Shown: positions 1 to 12,299 of the stretch, piece after piece
Numbering within the stretch: the stretch's first letter is position 1
Layout: each line of letters begins with the position of its first letter
NCBI GenBank assembly: GCA_965203055.1
Contig: OZ241863.1
Span: 2,272,001 to 2,336,000, forward strand
From: Spirochaetia bacterium
GTDB lineage: Bacteria; Spirochaetota; Spirochaetia; SZUA-6; Bin103
Length of the DNA: 64,000 nt
Direction of reading: 5' to 3'
Notes under the pieces: model-generated
What the model was told of the DNA's origin: nothing
The model's database searches: none
The model's input: the letters and a program-made list of their open reading frames with translations, nothing else
Translations under genes and position numbers: made by a program

Positions 1-460
1 CCACGATCCGTACAACCGGAACGCGCTGCTGCCGGCGCTGTCCACGAAGCTGTTCACAGCCGGGACCGAGCGGCGGTTCATCCCGGTGCACCGCCACTTG
101 GCCGAGTTCCTTGGCGCCCGCCACTTGGCGCGGCTCATCGCCGACGGCCTCCCTGCGCGGCGTGTCCTGGCGCTGATAACCGGCGAGGATGGCGGCGTGG
201 TGACGCTGCTTCGCGGACTGGCCGCGTGGCTGGCGGCGCTCTGCAAGGACGCTCGGCGGGACCTCGTCGAGCGCGACCCGATCGGCGTCCTCCTGTACGG
301 CGACGTTCACGACTTCACTATCGATGAGAAGCGCACACTCCTGTCGCGTACGGGCCTGCTAAAGGAACTGAAGTTCACCGGTGAGAAGCGCATGCTCCTG
401 TTGCGATCGAGTAAGGATCTGCTAATGGGACTGCAAGCCGGCCCCGCTACCGACAAACTG
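1..460 (+). pseudogene. Internal fragment of a probable NACHT/STAND-type NTPase gene, entering from the window edge and cut by ISL3
   Basis: Frame +2 is open from base 2. PVHRHLAEFLGARHLA resembles the winged-helix HxxxxEYLAA motif of NACHT proteins. The reading frame runs into the IS end at 461. Confidence 0.5.
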
Positions 461-1792
461 GGGTCTTCAGGATTTCGTGTGGACGAGGTGGTCACGGACG
501 ACACCGGCGGGGTAGAGGTCAAGGCCGCCGAGGTGAAAGTAGATGGCGTTGCGGAACCTCTGCCGGTTGCGAAAGCCGTGCGCTGCGTACTTCAACCGCT
601 GCACCCCCGCGTTGATCGACTCCGCCCGCGCGTTGCTCACCCTCTGCACCACCGCCGTCACGATCCCTTCCAGATGCCGCTTGACCATCCGCGCTACCCG
701 CTTGACCGGCTCCAGCCGACACCGGATCGCCGACTGGTACCACCTCTGCCACGCCTCGCGCGCCCACCCGCGGGTGCGATAGCTCCACAGCGTCATCGCA
801 TGTTCCTTGTAGCTCCAGGCGCGCGCGGTCTGCAGCGCGCTGTCGCGCAAGGCAGCGAACCGCTCCCAACGCTCGGCGTCCATGTGTTCGGGGTTGGTCA
901 GCCACGCATAGCGGCTGCCCTTCAGCCGATCGTCACCGCTGCCGGCCAGCCGGCGGCTCTCGGCTCGCCGCACCTGGTCAACGGCGTCGCCGAGGTGCTT
1001 GGCGACGTGGAACTTGTCGAACGCGATCTTGAGCTGCGCCTCCGGCACGTAGGCGGCGGTCGCGCTGATGTACGGCTCCCACATGTCCTGGCGACCGTCT
1101 CGACCCCAGCCAACTGCTCATCGTCAAACTGCTGGTAGAACTGCTCCAACACCTCCTTGCGGCGGCCATCGGCCACGTGCACGACGTGCCCGTCCAGATC
1201 GTTGATCACCGTCACGTACTCATGGCGCTTCTGAAACGACGTCTCGTCCACCCCGATCCGCGGCGGCAACTGCACCGCACGCCGGCGTAAGCCGCGTTGC
1301 ACCGCGCGCTGCATCACCCCGTCGACTTCGTCCCAGCTGAGCCGCATCTGCTGCGCTACTGCCGCGATCGTGGCGTGCTGCAGCCAGTCGATCACGACCG
1401 CTTCACACAGCGCTGTCAGCCGCGAGCGGCCTTCGCTCCACGGCACCTCGATCTGCTTGACGCCGTGCTGCCGGCACTGAGACCGCGGTACGTCGGCGGC
1501 CAGCACCGTGCGGTACTGGCAGGTGTCCAGATGGCGCCACCGCCGGTGCCGGCTGTCGTAGCGGCGCGCGGCTTGGCCGCAGTGCGGGCAGGTGAGAGGC
1601 CCGTCGTGCTCGACGTGGACCACGATCTCGCCCTCCTGAAGGTTCAGTTCGACGTCGGCCACTCGCCACGGCGCCTCGACGCCCAGAATCCTGCCGTACA
1701 GTTCCTTGTCACGCATGGCGCCAACGTAGCCTTGCTCGCGGCGGCACCGCTACCCGTCAGGCCCCTTTACCCACACGAAACCCCGAAGCCCC
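461..1792 (-). mobile_element. ISL3-family insertion sequence, 1332 bp
   Basis: Imperfect 22-bp terminal inverted repeats: GGGTCTTCAGGATTTCGTGTGG (461-482) and the reverse complement of 1771-1792, GGGGCTTCGGGGTTTCGTGTGG (19/22 match). They enclose an ISL3 transposase. Confidence 0.9.
467..1716 (-). pseudogene. ISL3 transposase, frameshifted
   Basis: The N-terminal half (922-1716) has CPHCG, RWRHLD and IGVDETS. The C-terminal half (467-1084) has DKFHV, SNARAESIN and GFRN. The junction GTCGCCAGGACATG lacks one T relative to the expected VAMDMW. Confidence 0.88.
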
Positions 1793-1911
1793 GAAAAGGA
1801 TACTTGTCACGGACCGGCTGCCCTCCGCGCGCAAACTGCAAGCGAGGCCCCTCCTGCAGGACTGCGCAGCGGACGGACTCCAAACGCCGGTGCTACAGGG
1901 AGGTCTCTACC

Positions 1912-3915
1912 ATGACATATCGATCCCTATGGGCTGCGCGCTTCGCTCCCGTAGCGGCGCTGATGATGTTGGCGGTTACTCCGCTTGCCGTCGCCGGCGG
2001 CGAGGAGGAGCAGAGCGCGGCCGAGGGCGCGGCCGAGATGAGCATGGAGGCCGCCGACTTCGGTGGCCGTGAACAGGAACCGAGCGCCAGGGCGGCCGGC
2101 GTCACCTCGTTTGCCGAGGCGCCCATGCTGGCGGCGCGGGTAGCTGCCGGCGAGCTGCCGGCGCTCGAAGAGCGCCTGCCGGCGGACCCGGCGGTGGTGT
2201 TTCCGGTTCACAGCGTCGGCGTCTACGGCGGCGAGCTGCGCCGCATGGACATCGGCGGGCGCGATCAGATGCTGAACCACGAGCCCCTCACCCGCTGGAG
2301 CCGCAACTTCGTCGACGTACTGCCGAATCTGGTGGACAGTTGGGAGTTCAGCGCCGACGGCACGGTCCTGACCTACCACTACAAGCCGGGGGTCAAGTGG
2401 TCCGACGGCGCGCCTCACACCGTCGACGACTTCCTGTTCTACTGGAATGACATCGTGCTGTCCGACGACATCGGCCGCGCGCCGGAGGCGTTCATGCGCT
2501 TCGGCGGCGAGTTGATGGAGGTAGACAAGATCGACGACTACACGCTGCAGTTCACGTTCGCGGCGCCCAACCCGCTCTTCAACCGCTTCATGAACCGCGG
2601 CTTCTACCACTCGGCGCGGTTCAACGTGCCGGCGCACTACATGAAGCAGTTCCATCCGGCGTACACCGAAGGCGCCTCCGGCAACGACCTGATCGACCGC
2701 ATGAACGAGCCGTTCAAGTTCACCGACATGCCGCAGCTCACGGCCTGGATCTCGGTCGACTACCAACCGGACCAGGTGCTGGTCTCGGAGCGCAACCCCT
2801 ACTACTGGAAGGTCGATCCGCAGGGCCAGCAGCTCCCGTACGTCGACCGGCTGATCACCAACGAGATCCCGCCGGACCAGCCGGAGATCCGCCTCTTGAA
2901 GGTGATCAACGGCGAGGTGGACCTCGGGCTGCGGCCCTGGTTCGGCAACGTCGACGACATCCCCGTGGTGATCGAAAATGCCGAGAAAGCCGGCTACACG
3001 GTGTACCGCTACTCGGTCGGGACGGTCGCTTCCGGCGGTCTGGTCATTCCCAAGTTCGAGCATCCCGATCCCAAGGTGAGCGCGTTGATGTTCGACCGCA
3101 ACTTCCGGCAGGCGCTGTCGCACGCCATCAACCGCGACCGCATTCTGCAGGTAATCTTCAAGGGTTTCGGCAAGCCGCGCCAGTTCTCCCTGCCCGGCAT
3201 CGGCCCGCAGTTTCAGACCCCCGAGGGCGAGGCATTCATCGAGGAGTGGGGGCAGTCGTACATCGAGTACGACCCGGAGCTGGCCAAGCGGTTGCTGGAC
3301 GAAGCGGGAATCACGGACCGCGACGGCGACGGCTGGCGCGAATATCCCGATGGCAGCGAGCTGGACATTCTGGTGGACGCGGCGATTACCACCGCGACGA
3401 CGGCCGAACTGGTGGAGCAGGATTGGGAGGCCGTCGGCCTCAAGATCAGCCTCAACGTAGTGGCCGGCGAGCTGTGGGCGCAGCGCGCGCTGAACGCGGA
3501 AGCGATGATCAGCCTGCGCGGCGGCGGCGCCTCCTCCGGCATGGTGGTGGCCAACGCCCACTGGGTGCCGACCCAATATGCATCCTGGGCGCTCGCGCCG
3601 CAGGTAGGATTGTGGTACGCCACCGGCGGCGAACAGGGCTTCGATCCGCGCGGCACCTTCCTGGAGGAACTGTACGAACTGTACGCCAAGGCGATCAGCA
3701 CGGTGGACGAGGATGAGCGCAATCGGCTGGGGCTGGAAGCCGCCCGGCTGCACGTCACCGAGGGTCCGATTCAGATCAGCATGATCGACAACATCCCGGC
3801 GGCGGCGATTGCCCGCAAGGACGTGCGCAACATCCAGGAATTCGCGCTGGTCGGCTCCTGGCATCTGAACTATCCGGGGATCATCAGCCCGGAGCAGTTC
3901 TATATCGAGCAATAA
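1912..3915 (+). CDS. ABC transporter substrate-binding protein, family 5 (peptide/nickel/oligosaccharide type)
   Basis: GGAGG RBS before ATG 1912, a signal peptide, GELPALEERLP, VKWSDGAPHTVDD, RNPYYWKVD and FRQALSHAINR. Confidence 0.92.
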   Translation: MTYRSLWAARFAPVAALMMLAVTPLAVAGGEEEQSAAEGAAEMSMEAADFGGREQEPSARAAGVTSFAEAPMLAARVAAGELPALEERLPADPAVVFPVHSVGVYGGELRRMDIGGRDQMLNHEPLTRWSRNFVDVLPNLVDSWEFSADGTVLTYHYKPGVKWSDGAPHTVDDFLFYWNDIVLSDDIGRAPEAFMRFGGELMEVDKIDDYTLQFTFAAPNPLFNRFMNRGFYHSARFNVPAHYMKQFHPAYTEGASGNDLIDRMNEPFKFTDMPQLTAWISVDYQPDQVLVSERNPYYWKVDPQGQQLPYVDRLITNEIPPDQPEIRLLKVINGEVDLGLRPWFGNVDDIPVVIENAEKAGYTVYRYSVGTVASGGLVIPKFEHPDPKVSALMFDRNFRQALSHAINRDRILQVIFKGFGKPRQFSLPGIGPQFQTPEGEAFIEEWGQSYIEYDPELAKRLLDEAGITDRDGDGWREYPDGSELDILVDAAITTATTAELVEQDWEAVGLKISLNVVAGELWAQRALNAEAMISLRGGGASSGMVVANAHWVPTQYASWALAPQVGLWYATGGEQGFDPRGTFLEELYELYAKAISTVDEDERNRLGLEAARLHVTEGPIQISMIDNIPAAAIARKDVRNIQEFALVGSWHLNYPGIISPEQFYIEQ

Positions 3916-4007
3916 GCTCGATCAGGGAAACGGCAGCGCCCGCGCGCAACCGCGGGCGGGCTTGAGCGGGTGGCCGCGGTGGCGCCCGCTCAAGCCCTCG
4001 TTTGCTC

Positions 4008-4994
4008 ATGACGCATTACATCATCCGCCGTGCGCTGCACGCCATACCGCTGCTGATGATGGTATCGGTAGTCGGTTTCATCCTCATCAACCTGCCGCCG
4101 GGAGACTATCTGAACACCTACCTCATCCGGCTGCAGAGCGAAGGGACGACCGCGGCGCAGGAAATGATATCCGGCCTGAAGCAGCGCTTCGGCCTCGACC
4201 GCCCGCTGCATCAGCAGTATCTGATGTGGATCAGCAACTTCCTGCAGGGGGACATGGGCGAGTCGTTCCAGCAGCGCCGGCCGGTGCTGGACATCGTGCG
4301 CGACCGCCTGCCGGTGACCCTGCTGCTCACCGTTACCACGCTGATCTTCACCTGGGTGGTGGCGATTCCCATTGGCATCTACTCGGCGACTCACCAGTAC
4401 ACCTGGCAGGACAATCTGTTCACCGTGCTCGGCTTCTTTGGACTGGCGGTACCCAACTTCCTGTTCGCGCTGGTGCTGCTGGTCGGCGGGTTCACTCTGT
4501 TCGGGCGGGCGCCGCTGGGGCTGTTCTCGCCGGAGTTTCAGGACGCCCCATGGAGCCTGGCGCGGCTGATCGACATGTTGAAGCACATCTGGATCCCGGT
4601 GCTGGTGATCGGCACCTCCGGGACGGCGGGACTGATCCGGGTGATGCGTGGGAACCTGCTCGACGTGCTGGAGCAGCAGTACGTGCAGACGGCGCGTTCC
4701 AAGGGACTCACCGAACGGGTGGTGGTGTACAAGCATGCGGCGCGCAACGCGCTGCATCCGCTGGTCATGCAACTCGGCATGCAGCTACCGGAAATCTTCT
4801 CCGGGGCCGCGATCACCAGCGTGGTGCTCAACCTGCCGACCCTCGGCGAGGCCTACCTGATCGCGGTCCAGTCGCAGGACATGTTCCTGGCCGGTTCCTT
4901 TCTGTTGATCATCACCGCCCTGCTGATCATCGGCAACATCGTGGCTGACGTGCTGCTTGCGATTCTCGACCCGCGCGTCAGCTACGACGAATGA
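4008..4994 (+). CDS. ABC transporter permease, DppB/OppB type
   Basis: LPPGD, FGLDRPL, EAA-like YVQTARSKGL loop and C-terminal LDPRV. Confidence 0.93.
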   Translation: MTHYIIRRALHAIPLLMMVSVVGFILINLPPGDYLNTYLIRLQSEGTTAAQEMISGLKQRFGLDRPLHQQYLMWISNFLQGDMGESFQQRRPVLDIVRDRLPVTLLLTVTTLIFTWVVAIPIGIYSATHQYTWQDNLFTVLGFFGLAVPNFLFALVLLVGGFTLFGRAPLGLFSPEFQDAPWSLARLIDMLKHIWIPVLVIGTSGTAGLIRVMRGNLLDVLEQQYVQTARSKGLTERVVVYKHAARNALHPLVMQLGMQLPEIFSGAAITSVVLNLPTLGEAYLIAVQSQDMFLAGSFLLIITALLIIGNIVADVLLAILDPRVSYDE

Positions 4995-6151
4995 CCGGAG
5001 GCATGCCGATGGCGTCCGAAACCTCGAACCAGACCGCGGCGGCCGCCGCCGGCAAGGCTCCGCCGGCGGCGCCGGCCGGGGTCTCGCAGTGGCAGCTCAT
5101 CGCCCGCAAGTTCTTCCGCAACCGCCTGGCGATCGTCGGCATGGTGCTGGTGGGGGTGATGTACTTCATCGCCCTGTTCGCGGAGGTGCTGTCGCCCTAC
5201 TACGTCAACACCATCCACGATCAGTACGTGCAGGCGCCGCCGCAGCTTCCGCGGTTCGTCGACCTCGGCGGGCGCGTCCATCTGCGGCCGTTCGTGTACG
5301 GCCTGGAAAAGAAGCAGGACCTGGCCGCGTTCCGCATCTACTACGAACCCGATCCGGAGCGGATCTATCCGCTGCGGCTGTTCGCGCGCGGCGACCGCTA
5401 CCGGTGGTGGGGCCTGTTCGAAAGCGACCTCCATCTGCTGGGCGTAGACCAGCCGGGCGTGTGGTTTCCGCTGGGAACCGACAACACCGGCAAGGACCTG
5501 CTGTCGCGCATCTTCTACGGCGCCCGCGTGTCGCTGACGGTCGGCCTGCTCGGGGTGCTGTTCAGCATCATGCTGGGGACGCTGCTCGGGATCGTGTCCG
5601 GCTATTTCGGCGGCCTGACAGACAATCTGATCCAACGCTTCATCAAGCTGATGCTGGCGTTTCCGCGCATTCCCCTGTGGATGGCGCTGGCCGCGGCGCT
5701 GCCGCCGCGCTGGCACCCGCTCATGGTGTACTTCGGCATCACCATCGTGCTGTCGCTGGCGAGTTGGGGCGGACTGGCGCGCCAGTTGCGAGCCAAGACC
5801 CTGGCGTTGCGCCGGCAGGAGTTCGTGCTCGCGGCGCGCGCCAGCGGCGTCTCGACGCTGCCCATCATCGTCCGGCATCTGATGCCCGACACGCTGAGCC
5901 ACATCATCGTCATCGGCACGCTGTCGATTCCGTTCATGATTCTCGGCGAGACCGCGCTGAGCTTCCTGGGGCTGGGCATCAGGCCGCCGATGACCAGTTG
6001 GGGCGTGCTGTTGAACCAGGCGCAACGGGTCAACGTCCTGCTGCACGCGCCGTGGCTGGCCATACCCGTGTTCTTCGTGATCATCGCGGTGCTGGCGTTC
6101 AACTTCCTGGGCGACGGGCTGCGCGACGCGGCCGACCCCTACTCCCTGTGA
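4991..6151 (+). CDS. ABC transporter permease, DppC/OppC type
   Basis: LGTDNTGKDLLSRIFYGARVSL, EFVLAARASG and FNFLGDGLRDAADP. Confidence 0.93.
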   Translation: MTGGMPMASETSNQTAAAAAGKAPPAAPAGVSQWQLIARKFFRNRLAIVGMVLVGVMYFIALFAEVLSPYYVNTIHDQYVQAPPQLPRFVDLGGRVHLRPFVYGLEKKQDLAAFRIYYEPDPERIYPLRLFARGDRYRWWGLFESDLHLLGVDQPGVWFPLGTDNTGKDLLSRIFYGARVSLTVGLLGVLFSIMLGTLLGIVSGYFGGLTDNLIQRFIKLMLAFPRIPLWMALAAALPPRWHPLMVYFGITIVLSLASWGGLARQLRAKTLALRRQEFVLAARASGVSTLPIIVRHLMPDTLSHIIVIGTLSIPFMILGETALSFLGLGIRPPMTSWGVLLNQAQRVNVLLHAPWLAIPVFFVIIAVLAFNFLGDGLRDAADPYSL

Positions 6152-6160
6152 GGCGCTGAA

Positions 6161-8266
<2,106 letters not shown>

Positions 8267-8387
8267 TTCGTGCAGGTGGGCCGGCCAAGCGCGCGCGCAC
8301 CCACCCAAACCCGCCAACCCGCCCGACACGGGTGTTGTCAGCGGTCTCGCCTTCGTCCTAACGTAGCCGGAGGAGGAGCACAACACT

Positions 8388-8924
8388 ATGGCAGATGACA
8401 AGCTGCGCAAGATTCCGGTCATGGAGACCGACTCGCCCCAGTTCGCCAAGGTGGCGCGCAAGGTGTCCTGGCCGCAGCGGGACAGCGACCGGCCGTCGCA
8501 GTTCTGGCCGGCGATGAGCGGCTTCAACATCGGCGCCGGATCGGACGTCGACATCTCCTACCTGGAGTCGACCAGGACCGAGCCGTCCAACGGATTCGAC
8601 CGCCACCTGAACACCGAGGAGCTGTTCGTGTGCCTGGAAGGCGAGTACCTGATGCCGATGGCGCCGTGCCGCCGGTCCGATGATCCCGACGATGAACCGC
8701 AGGTCGAGGACCTGATCGCGTTCCGCGTCCGGGCCGGCGACGCCTACGTGCTGAAGCCCAACGTCTGGCACAACGGCGGCTGGCCCACCGGCAGCGCCGG
8801 CAAGATGCGCTACATCATGGTGCTGTCCGGCCACCGCGCCGGCGAGGGCCATCAGGGCCGGGTCGATCACATCATGAAGACGCTGCCCGGCGGCCGGCAG
8901 GTCATCCCGGAGCGGCTCGTCTAG
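8388..8924 (+). CDS. Ureidoglycolate lyase (AllA)-like cupin protein
   Basis: DRHLNTEELF...LIAFRV...LKPNVWH pattern and a GGAGGAG RBS. Confidence 0.65.
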   Translation: MADDKLRKIPVMETDSPQFAKVARKVSWPQRDSDRPSQFWPAMSGFNIGAGSDVDISYLESTRTEPSNGFDRHLNTEELFVCLEGEYLMPMAPCRRSDDPDDEPQVEDLIAFRVRAGDAYVLKPNVWHNGGWPTGSAGKMRYIMVLSGHRAGEGHQGRVDHIMKTLPGGRQVIPERLV

Positions 8925-8935
8925 GGCGGTTCGGC

Positions 8936-9613
8936 ATGGCCACGAATCTCCCCGACACCGGCAACCTCAAGGCCGCGGTGATCGTCGGCGGACACGGCTA
9001 CGACGTGCCCGGCTTCAAGGCGCTGCTCGACGGGCTGGACGGCGTGGACTGGTATCTGCAGGACCTCGACAACTGGGCCGGATCCCCGGTTGCCGACCAG
9101 TACGACCTATTCATCTTCTACCACATGGTGGCCTGGGGCATCGCGAGCCTGCGCCGGGACATGGACGAGCGGATCGGCGCCGCGATCGAACGGATCGGGA
9201 CGACCGGCCAGGGGTGGTTCGTGTGGCATCACGCGCTGCTGTCGTTTCCCGACGACCCGGCCTACGACCGGGTGTGCAACTCCACCGACCGTACCTTGAA
9301 GAAGCCGGGGCGCTTCGAGCCGCTCATCGACATGAACGTCCACGTGGAGCATCCCGAGCATCCGGTCACCCGCGGGGTCTCGGACTTCGCCCTCTCCGGC
9401 GAGGGCTTCGCGCTGCCGCCCTGCGGCGCGGACAGCACCGTCCTGCTGACCCACGACCACGACCGCAACATCCCCACTCTGGCATGGTGCCACGAACTGC
9501 GGCGCTCGCGCGTACTGTGCTGGCAATCGGGCCACGACGCCGGCGAGTGGACCAACCCCGCCTTCCGGCAAATCTTCCAGCAAGGAATCGAGTGGCTCGC
9601 CCGCCGCCGGTAG
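8936..9613 (+). CDS. ThuA-like domain protein (class I GATase fold)
   Basis: GGHGYD, HPVTRGV, and SGHDAGEWTNPAFRQIFQQGIEW. Confidence 0.75.
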   Translation: MATNLPDTGNLKAAVIVGGHGYDVPGFKALLDGLDGVDWYLQDLDNWAGSPVADQYDLFIFYHMVAWGIASLRRDMDERIGAAIERIGTTGQGWFVWHHALLSFPDDPAYDRVCNSTDRTLKKPGRFEPLIDMNVHVEHPEHPVTRGVSDFALSGEGFALPPCGADSTVLLTHDHDRNIPTLAWCHELRRSRVLCWQSGHDAGEWTNPAFRQIFQQGIEWLARRR

Positions 9614-9622
9614 CATCGTTCC

Positions 9623-10642
9623 GTGCAGTATGGGACGCTGGCCGGGGTCGACAAGCCGGTCGCGCGGCTGGTGTGCGGGACCATGGTGGTTACCGATGAG
9701 GAAGCGGCGCGGCCCAAAGGGCCGTGGGGTGACCTCAACCGGGAACGGAGCTTCGCGTTGCTGGATGCGGTCGCGGCGCTGGGGGGCAACGCCTTCGACA
9801 CCGCGCACGTGTACGGCATCGGCGGCGCCGGCGAGACCGGCCTGGGACTGTGGATGGCCGAGCGCGGCAACCGCGAGCGGCTGGTCCTCATCGGCAAGGG
9901 CGGTATCCGGCGTTCGCCGCCGGCGCCCCACAAGGCGATGCCGAGCTTCATCGACGCCGACCTGTTCGAGAGTCTGGCGCGGCTGCAGACCAGCTACGTC
10001 GACCTGTACCTGCTACACTACGACGATCCGACCGCTCCCATCGGCCCGCTGCTGGAGTGCCTCAACGGCCATCTCGCGGCCGGCCGCATCCGCGAGATCG
10101 GCTGCTCCAACATGACCCACCGCAGGTTCGACGAGGCCAACGAGTACGCGGCGCGGCATGGGTTGCGGCCCCTGGCGGCGTCCCAGCCGCAATACTCCCT
10201 GGCCGAGCAGGGCGCGATCTACCTGCCCGGCTCGGTGACCATCTCCGGGCCGCGGCAGCGCGCCGCGCGCGACTGGTATGCCGCCAACCGGATGCCGTTG
10301 ATCCCCTACTCCAGCCTCGGCAGCGGTTTCTTCTCCGGTACGTTGCGGCCCGGCAACTTCGAGCAGGTCAAGGAAGTCATGAACCCCACCGCGCTCCGGG
10401 TGTACGCCTGCCAGCCCAACTTCGAGCGCCTGGCGCGGGTCGCGGCGTTGGCAGAACGGAAGGGGGCGAGCATTGCCCAGGTGGCGCTGGCGTTCCTCCT
10501 TACCGGGCCGCTGAACGTATTTGCCCTTACCGGACCCCGGTCCGGCGCCGAGTTTGCCGACAACGCCGGCGCGCTGGAGCTCGGCCTCAACGCGGAAGAA
10601 CGCGCCTGGCTCGACCTGGAAAGCGCCGAACCGCCCCTCTGA
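9623..10642 (+). CDS. Aldo/keto reductase
   Basis: FDTAHVYG, SLARLQTSYVDLYLLH, IGCSN and QVALAFL. Confidence 0.9.
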   Translation: MQYGTLAGVDKPVARLVCGTMVVTDEEAARPKGPWGDLNRERSFALLDAVAALGGNAFDTAHVYGIGGAGETGLGLWMAERGNRERLVLIGKGGIRRSPPAPHKAMPSFIDADLFESLARLQTSYVDLYLLHYDDPTAPIGPLLECLNGHLAAGRIREIGCSNMTHRRFDEANEYAARHGLRPLAASQPQYSLAEQGAIYLPGSVTISGPRQRAARDWYAANRMPLIPYSSLGSGFFSGTLRPGNFEQVKEVMNPTALRVYACQPNFERLARVAALAERKGASIAQVALAFLLTGPLNVFALTGPRSGAEFADNAGALELGLNAEERAWLDLESAEPPL

Positions 10643-10700
10643 CCGTGCAAGCCGGCCTCTACATTGTACAGCGCAGGCGGCTCGCCTACACTCCACGGCC

Positions 10701-11456
10701 ATGAAGCTGCAGGGAAAGTGCGCGCTGGTGACGGGGGGCGCGTCGGGGATCGGCAAGGCGAGCTGTGAGCTGTTCGCCCGCGAGGGCGCCAAGGTGGCGG
10801 TGGTGGACGTGAACGGGCCGGGCGCGGAGGAGACGGCGCACGCCATCGCCGCACGCGGGGGGACTGCGCTGGCGTTGACCGCCGACGTCACCGACGAAGG
10901 GCAGGTGCAGCGCGCGGTGACGCAGGCGGCCGAGCGGTTCGGGCCGATCGACGTACTGCACAACCACGCCGGGCTGCTGCCTCCCAACGACGCCTCGATC
11001 TTCGACATCGACGCCGCCACCATCGATCAGGCGCTGGCGATCAACGTCAAGGGGATGATCCTGGTGGGCAAGCACGTGAGCCGGGTAATGCGCGATGCCG
11101 GGCGCGGCGCCATAGTCAACACCGCCTCCGACCTCTCCTACATCGCCCTGGGCGGGCTCACCACCTACGTCACCTCGAAGAGCGCGATTCCGGGATTGAC
11201 GCGGGTGATGGCCGCCGATCTGGCCGATCACGGCGTGCGCGTCAACGCGGTGGCGCCCGGCTTCGTCTACAGCGGCATGACGGCCGGGTTGCTGGACCAG
11301 CCGGAGGTGCTGGAACCGATGCGGGAAACCTATCTGATCAAGGAGCTGGGCCAGCCGCTCGACGTCGCCAACTGCGTGCTGTTCCTGGCCTCCGACGAGG
11401 CCCGCTTCGTCACCGGCGCGGTGCTCGTGGTCGACGGCGGCCACACCGTCCGCTAG
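10701..11456 (+). CDS. SDR family oxidoreductase
   Basis: TGGASGIG, catalytic YVTSK, VRVNAVAPG and VDGG. Confidence 0.92.
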   Translation: MKLQGKCALVTGGASGIGKASCELFAREGAKVAVVDVNGPGAEETAHAIAARGGTALALTADVTDEGQVQRAVTQAAERFGPIDVLHNHAGLLPPNDASIFDIDAATIDQALAINVKGMILVGKHVSRVMRDAGRGAIVNTASDLSYIALGGLTTYVTSKSAIPGLTRVMAADLADHGVRVNAVAPGFVYSGMTAGLLDQPEVLEPMRETYLIKELGQPLDVANCVLFLASDEARFVTGAVLVVDGGHTVR

Positions 11457-11469
11457 CAGTGTCCGCCGA

Positions 11470-12294
11470 ATGCGCGCTGACTGGACGCCGGCCGACGAGC
11501 GGCAGGTACGCGCCCGCTACCCGCGCATGGTGGAGTGCCCGCCGCCCGCGCTTCACGCCCGCATCGAGCTGCTCGGCAGGGCCTGCACGGTGACCGACCT
11601 GAGCCATGAGATCGCGGCGACCAACCCCACCTTCAAGGGCCATCAGCGCACCGTGATGTGGCAACACCTGTCGCACGAGGAGGTGCAGCGGTTCGGCTTG
11701 ACCGAGCCGCCCTACTCCTACGAGGTGGTGGCGTTCACCCTGTGCGGCCACACCTCCACCCATTGCGACTCGATCAGCCACGTGGTGCCGGAGCAGGGCG
11801 CCCGGACGATCGACCGGAGCCCCTTGCAGTGGCACTTCGCGCCGGGGCTGTGGCTCGACTTCCGCGCCAAGGAACCGAACTCCTACATCACCCGCGCCGA
11901 CCTGGAAGCGCAGCTCGCCGAGTTGCGCCTGGAGATCAAGCCGAACTCGGTGCTGCTCTACGCCACCGGTTGGAGCGACAAGTGGGCCGGCGATCCCAAC
12001 GACTACATAACCGGCTACCCCGGGCTCGACGCCGAGGCCAGCCAGTTCCTGGCCGACGCCGGCGTGATCGCCTTCGGCGCCGACGCGCCGAGCGTCGATT
12101 CCTACCACGAAGTGGCGGTGCGCCGCGTGCAGCCGGCGCACATGACGTGCCGGGAACGCGGCATCCTCAACCTCGAGAACCTGGCCAACGTGCACTGCAT
12201 TCCCAAGCGCGCCTTCACCTTCATCGGCCTGCCGCTGAAGATCAGGAACGGCGCCGGCTCGCCGCTGCGCGCCGTGGCGGTCACCGAGGATTGA
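11470..12294 (+). CDS. Cyclase-family metal-dependent hydrolase (kynurenine formamidase-like)
   Basis: HTSTHCDSISH (variant of HxGTHxDxPxH), GADAPSVD, LENL and GSPLRAVA. Confidence 0.85.
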   Translation: MRADWTPADERQVRARYPRMVECPPPALHARIELLGRACTVTDLSHEIAATNPTFKGHQRTVMWQHLSHEEVQRFGLTEPPYSYEVVAFTLCGHTSTHCDSISHVVPEQGARTIDRSPLQWHFAPGLWLDFRAKEPNSYITRADLEAQLAELRLEIKPNSVLLYATGWSDKWAGDPNDYITGYPGLDAEASQFLADAGVIAFGADAPSVDSYHEVAVRRVQPAHMTCRERGILNLENLANVHCIPKRAFTFIGLPLKIRNGAGSPLRAVAVTED

Positions 12295-12299
12295 CGGCA

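Noticed and set aside
86..1138. 350-aa ORF as a complete gene
   Set aside because: It is a chimera of the truncated NACHT-like frame and readthrough into the antisense strand of the IS.
1927..3912. Long antisense or alternative-frame ORFs (e.g. 1927-3912, 19810-21900, 27903-29972, 58707-61130)
   Set aside because: Shadow ORFs expected at high GC; they overlap well-supported genes and carry no motifs.
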